This document shows, piece by piece, positions 10,202-20,277 of a stretch of DNA of 64,000 nt. Numbering within the stretch: position 1 is the stretch's first letter; each line of letters starts with the position of its first letter. A program made the translations under genes and the position numbers. Source of the DNA: Patescibacteria group bacterium (GTDB lineage: Bacteria > Patescibacteriota > Minisyncoccia > Minisyncoccales > JANBVM01); contig JANBVL010000001.1 of assembly GCA_024238995.1 (NCBI GenBank), forward strand, positions 74,059 to 138,058, written 5' to 3'. The notes beneath the pieces are model-generated. The model was not told the DNA's origin. It ran no database searches and saw nothing but the letters and a program-made list of their open reading frames with translations.

Positions 10202-10759
10202 TTACCATTTTTCCCAATGTATATTGTTTTCCTTGAATTTGTCTTTTGGCGATTGGTTTTTTTTAACCGGTACGCCAATCGGAATAACATTTAAAGGAAT
10301 AACATATTCAGGGACTCCTAGAATATTCTGAACATTTTTAACTAATGCCTCGGCGGGAAAAACCGCGGTCCAAACCGCGCCATAACCCAAAGCATGAGCG
10401 GCTAATAAAATATTTTCTGAGGCGGCTGAGCAGTCCTGAACCCAAAAATCTTTAAGTAATGACTTAATTGTCACTTTGAGCACAAAATTTAAAAGCTTTG
10501 ATTTGTCGGGTAGACCGCAAACCACAATGGCCGCGTCGGCTTTTGAAAGCATTTTGGCGTAAGGCAGTTTTTTACAAAGCGCGTCTAAAGTTTCCCGTTT
10601 GGTCACAACGACAAATGACCAGGGCTGTCGATTAGCGGCCGATGGCGCCGACATCGCTGCTTTTAACATCGTCAACAAATCCTCTTTTTTAATCTCATCC
10701 CCCGTGAATTCCCGGACGCTATGGCGAGTAAGAATGTTTTTTAAAGCTTCGTTTTCCAT
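10202..10759 (-). CDS. Nitroreductase family protein
   Basis: RHSVREF, AAMSAPSAANRQPW, QDCSAASENILLAAHALGYGAVW; visibly more GC-rich than neighbours. Confidence 0.92.
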   Translation of the reverse strand: MENEALKNILTRHSVREFTGDEIKKEDLLTMLKAAMSAPSAANRQPWSFVVVTKRETLDALCKKLPYAKMLSKADAAIVVCGLPDKSKLLNFVLKVTIKSLLKDFWVQDCSAASENILLAAHALGYGAVWTAVFPAEALVKNVQNILGVPEYVIPLNVIPIGVPVKKNQSPKDKFKENNIHWEKW

Positions 10760-10775
10760 AAAATATTAAACGTGA

Positions 10776-11026
10776 TTATTTATTTTTCCAGTTATTATAT
10801 TCTTCCCAAGTTATAGCATACTTTTCTCTGCATTTTTCAGAACATTTTTCTTCGTCTTCTGAAAAGATGCTAAACCTATTTTCAAATGATGCTCCAGAGC
10901 AAGTACCAAGACAAGCATCAAATCTAATCATATTTCTATTATAAACGTTTTGATTTTGTAAATAAAAACTACAACATCTAAAGCTGCTGTAGTAGAAAAG
11001 AAGATAACTAACGCTTTCTTGTTCAT
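10776..11026 (-). pseudogene. Possible frameshifted small membrane-anchored Cys-containing protein
   Basis: Hand translation gives MNKKALVIFFS...IIEI* overlapping MIRFDACLGTC...EKCSEKCREKY...WKNK*. Confidence 0.3.
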
Positions 11027-11072
11027 ATTATTACTTTTTATGTTTTAAAAAGTGACTTGTCAATAATGAAAA

Positions 11073-11166
11073 ACGTCGCACAACATAGAAAGTCCTCATT
11101 CGTTAATGTTGGTACATTCAATTTTTTTTAAGGGTCTCAACTCCTCATCCATAGATTGTACGGACT
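11073..11166. repeat. Split dif-like site G; ~85-bp direct repeat of 9996-10080
   Basis: acgtcgcacaa-cataga-aagtcctcattcgttaatgttggta...(60 bp)-cataga-ttgtacggact. Confidence 0.85.
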
Positions 11167-11170
11167 TATT

Positions 11171-11202
11171 AAAAAACCACTGACCTCTAGCCAGTGGCTT
11201 TT
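11171..11202 (-). terminator. Intrinsic terminator after the gltX operon
   Basis: ccactg/cagtgg stem flanked by A/T runs. Confidence 0.6.
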
Positions 11203-11624
11203 CACCTCCACAACAGCTTAATTTTATGAATAACATCCCTAATAAACTGCCAGAGCCTGTCAAGAAATCCTGGTAATTCTTTTTTTACTTCTTCTTTCTC
11301 TTGTTCAAACTCTTGTTCAATAATTTCTTGTCTAATTTCTATCTCCTGCTCTATCCTAGGACCAAAAAAGTTTTTAACTTTTAACCAGACGTTTGTGTAA
11401 GCCCAGTCATACATTTTCTGCCACATTGGCAGAACTTTTCCATACCAAAGCTCTTTAACGACACCAGGTAAATCTCTTTTGCCAATTTCCAAAACCTCCT
11501 CCCCCATTTGCTGAGCTTGTTCAAAAGTTTCTGGCACTTCAATAATAATATCATCCTGGGCAAAAGAAAAGCCTGATAAAACTAGATTAAAAAGTATAAA
11601 AAGTGTTAAAAATCGTTTTTTCAT
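11202..11624 (-). CDS. Hypothetical secreted protein
   Basis: Signal peptide (SFA-QDD); overlaps gltX stop. Confidence 0.75.
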   Translation of the reverse strand: MKKRFLTLFILFNLVLSGFSFAQDDIIIEVPETFEQAQQMGEEVLEIGKRDLPGVVKELWYGKVLPMWQKMYDWAYTNVWLKVKNFFGPRIEQEIEIRQEIIEQEFEQEKEEVKKELPGFLDRLWQFIRDVIHKIKLLWR

Positions 11625-13210
11625 TGTAATAATTCTTTGGCTTGATTAATCCTTTTTAAAGTCTGCTCTTTCCCTAAAATCTCAGCAATTTCAAAAGGTG
11701 GAGCTGAAGACTTCTGGCCTGTTAGAGCAACTCTTAAAGGCCAAAGCAAATATCCCCTATCTTCAATGCTTTTTATCTTTTTACCAAATTTTTCTGATTC
11801 TTGTAAGAGAATATCTGTTAATTTCTGCAAATCAAACTCTTCTTCTTTTAAATCAGACAATATTTTATTACTCCTATCCAACGCTCTTAATACTTCCTGC
11901 TCTGACATGTCTTTCCATTTCAATAAATCTTTATCGTAATCAAGATTTTTTTTGAAAAAGAAATCAACAAATTCTGGAAGATCAGAAAGTTTTTTTAATC
12001 TTTCCTGATAAATTGAAACGATCTTTGATAAAACATCAAAAGTAATCGGTTTTTTTGTCTGAGTGATTTTAAATTTGTTGATTATTTCTTTTCCTCCATA
12101 AGCAGGTGGAAATTGAATTTGCTTGAATTCTAGTTCAATCAAACTATTTTGAATTAAATGTGGAATGCAAAGTTCTGTTAATTTATTGATAGGTTTTTGC
12201 CTGATATAGACACCGTTTAAGAAATCTAATCTTTTCGTGTTAAACACTGCTCCTGATTTTTGAACTTTTTCCAAAGAAAATTCTTTAATCAAAGCATCCA
12301 AAGAAAATATTTCTTTATTAGTATCAGGATTCCAGCCTAAAAAAGCTAAAAAGTTATTCAAAGCTTCAGGCAAATAGCCAAGCTCTTTATACTCTATCAC
12401 TGAAGCTGCTCCATGTCTTTTTGAAAGCTTGCTTTTATCAGAACCTAAAATCAAAGGCAAATGAGCATATTTAACTTTTGGAAAACCTAAAGCTTTCTGA
12501 AGAAGGATTTGTCTTGGAGTATTAGAAATATGTTCCTCTCCCCTTATGACATGAGTTATTTTCATTTCAAAATCATCAATAACACAAGCAAAATTATATA
12601 AAGGCATAGCATCATCTCTGGCAATAACAGTATCCCCCATTAAAGCACTATCAATCTCTATTTTCCCTCTTATTAAATCATTAAACTCTATTTTCTTTGG
12701 AGCAATCATGAATCTGTAAACAAACTTCTTTTTTTGTTTTAAATTATCTTCAACTTCTTGTTCTGATAAACCAGCGCATTTTCCTGAATAACGAGGAGCT
12801 TGGCCTATTGATAATTGATATTCTTTTTGGATCTTCAATTCTTCCTCTGAACAAAAACAATGATAAGCTTTTTTTTCATCTAAAAGCTTCTCCAAATATT
12901 TCTCGTAAATCTCTTTTCTTTCTGACTGCCTGTATGGTCCATAATTTCCATCAATAGCAGGGCCTTCATCAGGCGAAATGCCAAGCCATTTTAAACTTTC
13001 AATAATATTATCTTCATAAACAGGCTTTGACCTTTCTTTATCAGTGTCTTCAATCCTTAAAACAAAAATCCCATTGTTTTGTTTGGCAAATAAGTAATTA
13101 AATAAAGCAGTCCTTGCTCCTCCAACATGGAAAAAACCAGTAGGAGAAGGAGCTATCCTTGCTCTTACTGCGCCTGCTTTAGTTAGCTTTAATTCTTCTT
13201 GAGAGTTCAT
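11621..13210 (-). CDS. gltX: Glutamate--tRNA ligase
   Basis: RIAPSPTG, HVGG (HIGH), LRIEDTD, KLSKR (KMSKS). Confidence 0.97.
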   Translation of the reverse strand: MNSQEELKLTKAGAVRARIAPSPTGFFHVGGARTALFNYLFAKQNNGIFVLRIEDTDKERSKPVYEDNIIESLKWLGISPDEGPAIDGNYGPYRQSERKEIYEKYLEKLLDEKKAYHCFCSEEELKIQKEYQLSIGQAPRYSGKCAGLSEQEVEDNLKQKKKFVYRFMIAPKKIEFNDLIRGKIEIDSALMGDTVIARDDAMPLYNFACVIDDFEMKITHVIRGEEHISNTPRQILLQKALGFPKVKYAHLPLILGSDKSKLSKRHGAASVIEYKELGYLPEALNNFLAFLGWNPDTNKEIFSLDALIKEFSLEKVQKSGAVFNTKRLDFLNGVYIRQKPINKLTELCIPHLIQNSLIELEFKQIQFPPAYGGKEIINKFKITQTKKPITFDVLSKIVSIYQERLKKLSDLPEFVDFFFKKNLDYDKDLLKWKDMSEQEVLRALDRSNKILSDLKEEEFDLQKLTDILLQESEKFGKKIKSIEDRGYLLWPLRVALTGQKSSAPPFEIAEILGKEQTLKRINQAKELLQ

Positions 13211-13231
13211 TAATTTAAATATGAAACAAGG

Positions 13232-14386
13232 CTATGATTTAGTCAAATAACCCATCATATAGCCAGCAATTATTTTTGCTGCCATTGGTTTTGAAAACTC
13301 TTTGGCAGCAATTTTCATTTTTTCCAACTGCTCTGAATGAGAAAACAGATTTTTTAGTTTTTCAAGGAAAAATCGGGAAGTAAAGTTTTTTTCCTCTAAT
13401 ACTATAGTAGCTCCTTTTTTTGAATAAGCATAAGCATTTTCAACTTGATGATTTTGAGCTGATTCTGATAAAGGAATTAAAATTGAAGGCTTTAGCCAGG
13501 CAGCTATTTCAAAAATACTTCCTGAGCCTGCCCTAGATACTACTAAATCACTTGCGGCATAAGCTTTTTTAAGCTCCTGTTCTTTTAAAAAACCAAATGC
13601 ATGATAATACTTTAATAAATATTCAGGGATTACTACTTTTGCTTCTGCTTTTACTTGTTTTATGTTCTTATCACCACACTGATGTATTATTTCAAAATGC
13701 TCAACTAATTCTGCTAATACTTCTAGAATCTCGTCATTAATGCGCTGGGAACCTTGAGATCCTCCCATAATAAAAACAACTGGTTTTTTCCCTGTAATTT
13801 TGAAAAACTGCTTTGCTTCCTGTTCTGAAATATTTAAAATCTCCCTTCTTATTGGATTTCCAGTTAAAATCATTCTTTTGGTAAAGTATGGTGTTTTCGG
13901 AAAAGAAACAAAAATCTCTGTTGAAAACCTGCCTAATATTCTATTAGCCAAACCAGGAACAACATCTGATTCCTGTAAAAATATGGGGACACCTAACAGC
14001 CAGCCAGCAATTACTGCTGGAAGTGACCCAAAACCTCCTTTTGAAAAAATGACATCAGGAGCCAAAATGAATATATATATAAATGCCTGCAAAAGACCGA
14101 TTGGAATTTTAAAAACTAAATCAATAAAATTATTTAAAATACTTTTAGCATTAACGTATCTTCTAATTTTACCAGCTGAAACATGCCTGACTTTAATATT
14201 TTCTTGGGAAAGAAGAATATCAGCAAAATTATCTTTTGGTCCAAGATAAGAAAAATCAATTTCTTTATTCTTTTTTTGCTCAGAAGGAAGCTTTCTGATT
14301 TCTCTCACTATGGCAATAATTGGGAAAATATGTCCCCCACTGCCCCCTCCAGTAAACAGAATTTTAATTTTTTTACCTTTTTTCAT
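13232..14386 (-). CDS. murG: Lipid I N-acetylglucosamine transferase MurG
   Basis: TGGGSGGH, KGGFGS, GNPIR, GGSQG, SRAGSG, HQVENA. Confidence 0.95.
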   Translation of the reverse strand: MKKGKKIKILFTGGGSGGHIFPIIAIVREIRKLPSEQKKNKEIDFSYLGPKDNFADILLSQENIKVRHVSAGKIRRYVNAKSILNNFIDLVFKIPIGLLQAFIYIFILAPDVIFSKGGFGSLPAVIAGWLLGVPIFLQESDVVPGLANRILGRFSTEIFVSFPKTPYFTKRMILTGNPIRREILNISEQEAKQFFKITGKKPVVFIMGGSQGSQRINDEILEVLAELVEHFEIIHQCGDKNIKQVKAEAKVVIPEYLLKYYHAFGFLKEQELKKAYAASDLVVSRAGSGSIFEIAAWLKPSILIPLSESAQNHQVENAYAYSKKGATIVLEEKNFTSRFFLEKLKNLFSHSEQLEKMKIAAKEFSKPMAAKIIAGYMMGYLTKS

Positions 14387-15505
14387 TTAAACTTTAGATG
14401 TTTTTGAAATATTTAATAAAATACCCACTGCAATAAGTTCTATAATTAAAGCTGTACCTCCATGACTGACAAATGGCAGCGGTATGCCTGTTAAAGGAAT
14501 AACGCCAACCATAGCGCCGATATTAACTAAAGCCTGAATCAAAATCCACGAAGTAATGCCTAGGGCTGTTAAATTAGTGAATTTATTCTTGCTTTGTTTT
14601 CCAATTTTAAATCCTCGCCACAAAAAGAGTAAAAACAGGAAAATCAAAACAACTGAACCAATAAACCCTGTTTCTTCTGCTAAAACAGCGAAAATTGAAT
14701 CTGATATCGGATGAGGCAAAAGGCCAAGTTTTTGCTGGGACATTCCAAATCCTAATCCCCAGATCCCACCTGAGCCTATTGCAATTAAAGATTGCTTGAT
14801 CTGATAACCTGCTCCCATGGGGTCAGTGCCAGGATTAAGAAATATCAATATTCTTTCTAAACGATAAGGTGAAAAATGAATAAGAAGTGAAATTCCCACT
14901 ATCGCAATTAGCCCTAATATTATTGTATGCAAAACAGGATTATTTGCAAAAAAATACATAAGAAACCCAGTAGCTAAAATTACAACCAAAGTCCCTATAT
15001 CAGACTGAAACCACAAGAGCAGGCCAATTAACCCGAGAACTATAATAAAAGCAGCTAAATTCTCCTTTAAGTCTTTTTGGGTCTTTGGTAATTTAAATTC
15101 CTTTTTCTTTCTGCTTTCCATCCAGCTGGCAATATACAGAATAAAAGTAAGTTTTAATATTTCAGAAGGCTGGAAAGAAACTGGACCCAATGAAATCCAT
15201 CTTGCTGCTCTCCCAACTTTAATTCCAATATGGGGCAAAAAAACAAAAGTCATAAGCATTAAATTAAATAAAAGGAAAGCTGGCGCCCATTTTTTCAAGA
15301 GTCCAAGGTCAATTTTTGAAAATATAAAAGCTAAAATAATCCCTGGGATTAAAGCATAAATCATTTGGTGATTAAAATAATAATAAGTGCTTCCAAACTT
15401 TATTTGAGAAACAGATGTAGAAGCACTGGCAAATATAATAATTCCAAAAACAATTAAAAAACCTGTAATAATTATTAGAGCGTGATCAAATTTTCTACCT
15501 GCCAT
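14387..15505 (-). CDS. ftsW: SEDS peptidoglycan polymerase FtsW
   Basis: Multi-TM; RWISLG..SFQPSE, GYQIKQSLIAIGSGG, PLTGIPLPFVSHGG; adjacent to murG. Confidence 0.92.
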   Translation of the reverse strand: MAGRKFDHALIIITGFLIVFGIIIFASASTSVSQIKFGSTYYYFNHQMIYALIPGIILAFIFSKIDLGLLKKWAPAFLLFNLMLMTFVFLPHIGIKVGRAARWISLGPVSFQPSEILKLTFILYIASWMESRKKKEFKLPKTQKDLKENLAAFIIVLGLIGLLLWFQSDIGTLVVILATGFLMYFFANNPVLHTIILGLIAIVGISLLIHFSPYRLERILIFLNPGTDPMGAGYQIKQSLIAIGSGGIWGLGFGMSQQKLGLLPHPISDSIFAVLAEETGFIGSVVLIFLFLLFLWRGFKIGKQSKNKFTNLTALGITSWILIQALVNIGAMVGVIPLTGIPLPFVSHGGTALIIELIAVGILLNISKTSKV

Positions 15506-16808
15506 ATAGTTTTACGTATTTTTTAAACAAATTACCTTTCTCTTTATAATCCTTAAAAAGACTGAAGCTGGGCGAAGCTGTTGATAGAAGACAGATTTTT
15601 CCTTTTTTTGTATGTTCATACGCAAGTTTTACCCCGTCTTTCATGTTTAAAACCATAATTGCCTTGAATTTACTATTTTTATCTAGTTCAACAATCTGTT
15701 TATAAATCTTTCCTCCTGTGTCTGGAAACAAAATCAAGACTTTGATTCTGCTTTTTAAAATTCTTTTTGCCAAACCTTTAAAATCAATTCCCCTGTCCAG
15801 CCCTCCTAAAAATATTGTTTCAACATTATTTCCTAACGCATCTAAGGCAGCTATTGTTGCTTCTGGAACGGTTGACAGGGCATCATTGTAAAACTTAATT
15901 CCCTTATATGTTCCAATGCACTCTAACCTATGTGCTAATGGCTTAAATGTTTTAATAGCTTTTAATATGTCTTTATCCTTTATTTTAAATAACCTTGTTG
16001 CAGCAATTGCTGCTTTAATGTTTTCAACATTAAATTCGCCCTTTAATAGAGTTTCAATTCTTTTAATTTTAACTGAACTAATTGGAATCTTTTGAGCTTT
16101 TGATTTTTTAGCAACTTGATTTATAAGTTTATTCTTTGAATTAAAAACCAAATAATCATTTTTCCCCTGATGCTTTGTAATGTTACTTTTGGCTGACAAG
16201 TATTGCTTAAAATTCTCATAATAATCAAGATGTTCTGAATAAATATTTAAAAAAACAGCAATATCAGGGCTTTTTTTAAGGCTCACAAGCTGATGGCTTG
16301 ATAACTCACAAACATAAACATTTTCTTTTTTATCAGACGATAAAAGAGATAACATTGGTTTTCCAATATTGCCAACTAAATATGCTTTCAATTTATTTTT
16401 CTTTAAAATCTCATAAATTAACGAGGCTGTTGTGCTTTTTCCTTTTGTTGCCGTAATACCAATAATTTTTCCTTTACAGTTATTAAAAAAAATCTCTGTT
16501 TGAGAAGTTATTTTCTGTCCTTTTTCTAAAAATGGTTTTAAAACTTTGGGCGGAATTCCAGGGGTTTTAATTATAGAATCATAGTATTTTAAAAACCCAA
16601 GGTAAGATTCACCTAAATGAAGCCTTAATTTCTTGTCCTTTTTTATTGTTGTCTGGGCCTCAGAGTTAAGCTGATTAAACCTAAGCTTATCTCCTATCGC
16701 AATGACTTTTTGAGGAAAACTTTTCCTTAGAAATTTTAAAGTATCCATTCCTTCAATTCCTAATCCCAAAATCAGTATTTTTTTGTTTTTTAATTTATTT
16801 AATTTCAT
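15495..16808 (-). CDS. murD: UDP-MurNAc-L-Ala--glutamate ligase (probably the L-Glu-specific MurD2 type)
   Basis: LGLGIEG, TKGKSTT, ELSSHQL, EHLDY, HRLE, FYND; next to murL. Confidence 0.9.
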   Translation of the reverse strand: MKLNKLKNKKILILGLGIEGMDTLKFLRKSFPQKVIAIGDKLRFNQLNSEAQTTIKKDKKLRLHLGESYLGFLKYYDSIIKTPGIPPKVLKPFLEKGQKITSQTEIFFNNCKGKIIGITATKGKSTTASLIYEILKKNKLKAYLVGNIGKPMLSLLSSDKKENVYVCELSSHQLVSLKKSPDIAVFLNIYSEHLDYYENFKQYLSAKSNITKHQGKNDYLVFNSKNKLINQVAKKSKAQKIPISSVKIKRIETLLKGEFNVENIKAAIAATRLFKIKDKDILKAIKTFKPLAHRLECIGTYKGIKFYNDALSTVPEATIAALDALGNNVETIFLGGLDRGIDFKGLAKRILKSRIKVLILFPDTGGKIYKQIVELDKNSKFKAIMVLNMKDGVKLAYEHTKKGKICLLSTASPSFSLFKDYKEKGNLFKKYVKLYGR

Positions 16809-16875
16809 CCTAATATATTAAAAATAGCACAAAATGTGCTTAAAATAAACTACTATAAAAAGAAAGGGTCGGAGA

Positions 16876-18273
16876 TTATCTAAATAAAAAATCATCAAAC
16901 ACCTTAAGAAATTTGTTTTGCAGATTATGATTTTTATTCCAAGCTTCTAACATGTGTTTGGCTTCTTTCCCTAAGTCTGAATGTTCGGATAAGACTTCAT
17001 CTTCAAAATGCTTTAAAAGATAAGGTAGCTTTTTATTATTTTTATTTACCTTCTTTAAACTTAAGTAAAGAGCAATCAAACTTTCTTTAGTAGTTCCAAC
17101 GCATTCAAAAGGTTTAAACTTTCTCTCCCCTATTAACTCTTTCATTAAACCAAGTAGTTCTTTTTTTTCAAAAAGATTTTTTCCAAAAGCTTGAATAAGC
17201 TTCTTAGTTTCAATAAATGGATATAGAATTAAAAAAACAAATAAGCATTTTGAGCACTTCCCACACCACTTTTTAATCGGTTCTCTTTTCCCTGAGTATG
17301 TTTTATGGGCTTCATTGCAACTTAAAAAAACATTGCCATATTTATTAAAATATTTAGAAAATAATTTTCCAATTTGAATTTCATAAAAAGGTCTTAAAAA
17401 ACTAAAATATTCAATATCTTTAGCCAAATATTTTTTAGAGTATTTTCTGAATTTTTCTTCAAAATTAAATGTTTTTGAGTATTGATGATTAATTATTTTT
17501 CCAAGATGCTCAACATTCCCTTCATTAGAACTTCTCTCATTAGAAAAAGCAATGTATTTATAATCATAAATCACGCCAATAAGTGCTGTTAAAAAAGCAA
17601 GATAAGCTGAAAAAGGAGTGTGGCCATTTAAATATTTTTTTCTATTTAATTCTAAAAGCTTTGAATCAATTCTTCTTTTAACAATAATTGTTTTTTTACA
17701 CCCACCAATTTCAAAGATCTTTTTAACATTGTTATTTGGATTTAGAGAAAAACAAGTTAAAAGATGTTTTGACTTTTTTAATATTTCTAAACTAACTATT
17801 GAATCTTTACCTCCCCCGATTGGAAGCAAAATATTATTACTTAATTTTTTGTTAAAAACATTAAAATCTTTTTTATTGCTTGATATTATTTTTAAAGAAT
17901 CAGCGATCTGCCAATTCATCTTATTTTCATAAAAAAACTGACCCATTCCATTTTTAATTAAGTTTTTCAACCATTTAATTTGAAAACTATCTAACTCACC
18001 ACACTTGATTTCAATAACCTTTGAACATGTTGCTTTCCAATAACTAATAAGCTCAACTAACCCCAAATTAAATATTAAGTTATTTAATATACCCTCCCCT
18101 ATTTTCTCAATTCTTGACTGGTCAATATTTTCAATAATTATTTTCGGCTTAAAAAAAATATCTGGTTCAATCTTAAAATTAAAGAATATCTCCAAATTCT
18201 TTTTGGAGATTTTATATGAATAATCAATATAAATAAACTTAGGATATTTTTTTCTTAAAACCTCTGGCTTCAT
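16876..18273 (-). CDS. murL: UDP-MurNAc-L-Ala-L-Glu epimerase MurL
   Basis: GGGKDS, NGHTPFSA, SNERS, INHQYSK, SCN, WCGKCSKCLF, KPFECVGT. Confidence 0.85.
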   Translation of the reverse strand: MKPEVLRKKYPKFIYIDYSYKISKKNLEIFFNFKIEPDIFFKPKIIIENIDQSRIEKIGEGILNNLIFNLGLVELISYWKATCSKVIEIKCGELDSFQIKWLKNLIKNGMGQFFYENKMNWQIADSLKIISSNKKDFNVFNKKLSNNILLPIGGGKDSIVSLEILKKSKHLLTCFSLNPNNNVKKIFEIGGCKKTIIVKRRIDSKLLELNRKKYLNGHTPFSAYLAFLTALIGVIYDYKYIAFSNERSSNEGNVEHLGKIINHQYSKTFNFEEKFRKYSKKYLAKDIEYFSFLRPFYEIQIGKLFSKYFNKYGNVFLSCNEAHKTYSGKREPIKKWCGKCSKCLFVFLILYPFIETKKLIQAFGKNLFEKKELLGLMKELIGERKFKPFECVGTTKESLIALYLSLKKVNKNNKKLPYLLKHFEDEVLSEHSDLGKEAKHMLEAWNKNHNLQNKFLKVFDDFLFR

Positions 18274-18277
18274 ATGT

Positions 18278-19360
18278 TTAACTTGTAAAAAGTTTAATTG
18301 CTACTCCTAAAAACACAAAAACCAAATTTAAAATCCAGAATCTCATAGTAACCTTATAGGGGGGCCATCCTTTTGCTTCAAAATGATGATGAATGGGAGT
18401 GCAAAGCCAGACTTTTTTCTTAAAAAACTTCTTTGAAAAAAGCTGGATTAATATTGAACCAACCTCTATTACCATTATTCCAGCAATAATCGGCAAAACC
18501 ATTATTGAGTCGGTTAAAAAGGCAACCACTGTCATAGTTGACGTTAAGCCCAAAACACCGGTTTCCCCCATATAGAATTTAGCTGGCGGAATATTGAACC
18601 ATAAAAACGAAAATAATGTTCCAGCAATAATTGCGCAAAATGTAGCTAAGTCAGCTTTGCCTTGGGTAAAAGCAATTACAGAAAATCCAGCAAAAATTGA
18701 AGCGAAAATACCTCCTGCTAATCCATCAATCCCATCAATAACGCCTCCCGACCAAGAAGCAAGCATTACTAATATGAATAATGGTATATACCACCAGCCA
18801 ATGAAAAAGTTTATTCCTTCTGGAAAATTATACATCAAAGGAATATGAATTGTGCTTTTGCTAAGCTTGAAGTAAAACCACAAACTTCCAACTAAACCAA
18901 TTAAAACTACAATCATTAATCTTCTTAAAAAACTCATTCCTCCTCCGGCATATTTTCCCTTTCCAAACACAGTCAAAGCATCATCTACTAGTCCGACAAT
19001 AGAGCCTGCTACTAAAGTAAATAATGGAAGCCAGGTTTCACCACGAGATAGGAAGTTAAAGTTTTTCAGCCACCAAGGATCTTTAAAATGTGATAAACCA
19101 AAAAAGAGGAACACCATTATTAGAACTGAAACCCAGATTAAAATTCCACCCCCTCTTGGTGTTTTTATTTCATTGTCTTTATGTAAAGAATGAAAAACTT
19201 TAGCTTCTTCATTAGTAATTGTTCTTGTTCTTGCAGTTTTCTTCCAGAACTTAATTCTTCTTAAAATCTTTATTAAAAAAGGCGCCCAAATAAAAGAAAT
19301 TGCAGCGCTTATTGCTGATAATATTAAAAGTCTAATAACGTAGAATGTAAAAAGTGTCAT
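18278..19360 (-). CDS. mraY: Phospho-N-acetylmuramoyl-pentapeptide transferase
   Basis: TPRGGG, GLVDD, DGIDGLA, FNIPPAKFYMGETG, PIHHHFE. Confidence 0.93.
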   Translation of the reverse strand: MTLFTFYVIRLLILSAISAAISFIWAPFLIKILRRIKFWKKTARTRTITNEEAKVFHSLHKDNEIKTPRGGGILIWVSVLIMVFLFFGLSHFKDPWWLKNFNFLSRGETWLPLFTLVAGSIVGLVDDALTVFGKGKYAGGGMSFLRRLMIVVLIGLVGSLWFYFKLSKSTIHIPLMYNFPEGINFFIGWWYIPLFILVMLASWSGGVIDGIDGLAGGIFASIFAGFSVIAFTQGKADLATFCAIIAGTLFSFLWFNIPPAKFYMGETGVLGLTSTMTVVAFLTDSIMVLPIIAGIMVIEVGSILIQLFSKKFFKKKVWLCTPIHHHFEAKGWPPYKVTMRFWILNLVFVFLGVAIKLFTS

Positions 19361-20277
19361 GAATTAATCCAGTTAATTAGTTTCTGTATTTCTTCTATTC
19401 TTGTATCTGGTGATTCAGCGCCCAATAATATATTTATGAAATAATTTCCATTCTCATCAGAAAACACAAAAACCACACATCCTCCTGCTTTTTCTGTATA
19501 ACCGGTTTTACCTCCAACAATAATCTGATTGTTTAAAATATAAATTCCTGAAATCCCATTTTCTGATAAATATGGGCCGTTTTCTAAAGAGAATTCAAAT
19601 ATTAAGCCATGGTTGCTTAAAACATATTTTGAAAGATTAGCTAAATCATTAACAGTAGAATAATTTGGAACAATATCTATATCATTAGGATCAAGACCCG
19701 TTGGATTAATAAAATAAGTATTATTAAGACCTAATTCTTTAGATTTTTGGTTCATTTTTGCAACAAAATTATCCAGCCCAATTACTTCGGCTAAGGTAAA
19801 GGCTGCATCATTGCTTGAATAATAGAGCATGTACTTTAAAAGCTGCTCTATTGTAATAATCTGACCAGCTTTTAAATTACCATAAATAGGAATATTGTAT
19901 TGAGATGCAGCTTTTTGAGAAACTATTGTTGTTTTTGATAAATCATAATCATTAAGACGCGTATTCTCCATAACAATTAAAGCAGTCATGAGTTTGCTTA
20001 AAGACGCAATTGGCAGAGTTCTATTAATATTTTTTCCAAAAACCATTCTTTCTTTTCCTATTTTATTAACTTTAATAGAAATAACAGAATTAGCTTTAAT
20101 GTCTGGTTTTTGTTTTTTTGGCCTGGCTGAAATATCTACAGCTGCTAAATTCTTGAAAGGTTGAGTAATTTGAGCATAAAAAAACTGCTCCGTTCCTTGC
20201 TGAAAGAAGCTTATTCCCCACCAAAACAAAGAACTCATAATAAAAGACAGTAAAAAAAACTTAGTATTTTTATTCAT
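19357..20277 (-). CDS. D-alanyl-D-alanine carboxypeptidase (peptidase S11)
   Basis: SxxK (ASLSK), SxN (SSN), KTG; NPTGL. Confidence 0.9.
   Translation of the reverse strand: MNKNTKFFLLSFIMSSLFWWGISFFQQGTEQFFYAQITQPFKNLAAVDISARPKKQKPDIKANSVISIKVNKIGKERMVFGKNINRTLPIASLSKLMTALIVMENTRLNDYDLSKTTIVSQKAASQYNIPIYGNLKAGQIITIEQLLKYMLYYSSNDAAFTLAEVIGLDNFVAKMNQKSKELGLNNTYFINPTGLDPNDIDIVPNYSTVNDLANLSKYVLSNHGLIFEFSLENGPYLSENGISGIYILNNQIIVGGKTGYTEKAGGCVVFVFSDENGNYFINILLGAESPDTRIEEIQKLINWINS

Noticed and set aside
7515..11166. CRISPR array or integron attC interpretation of the repeats
   Set aside because: Spacing is irregular, whole genes lie between copies, there are no cas or intI genes in the window, and no attC-type RYYYAAC/GTTRRRY boxes were seen
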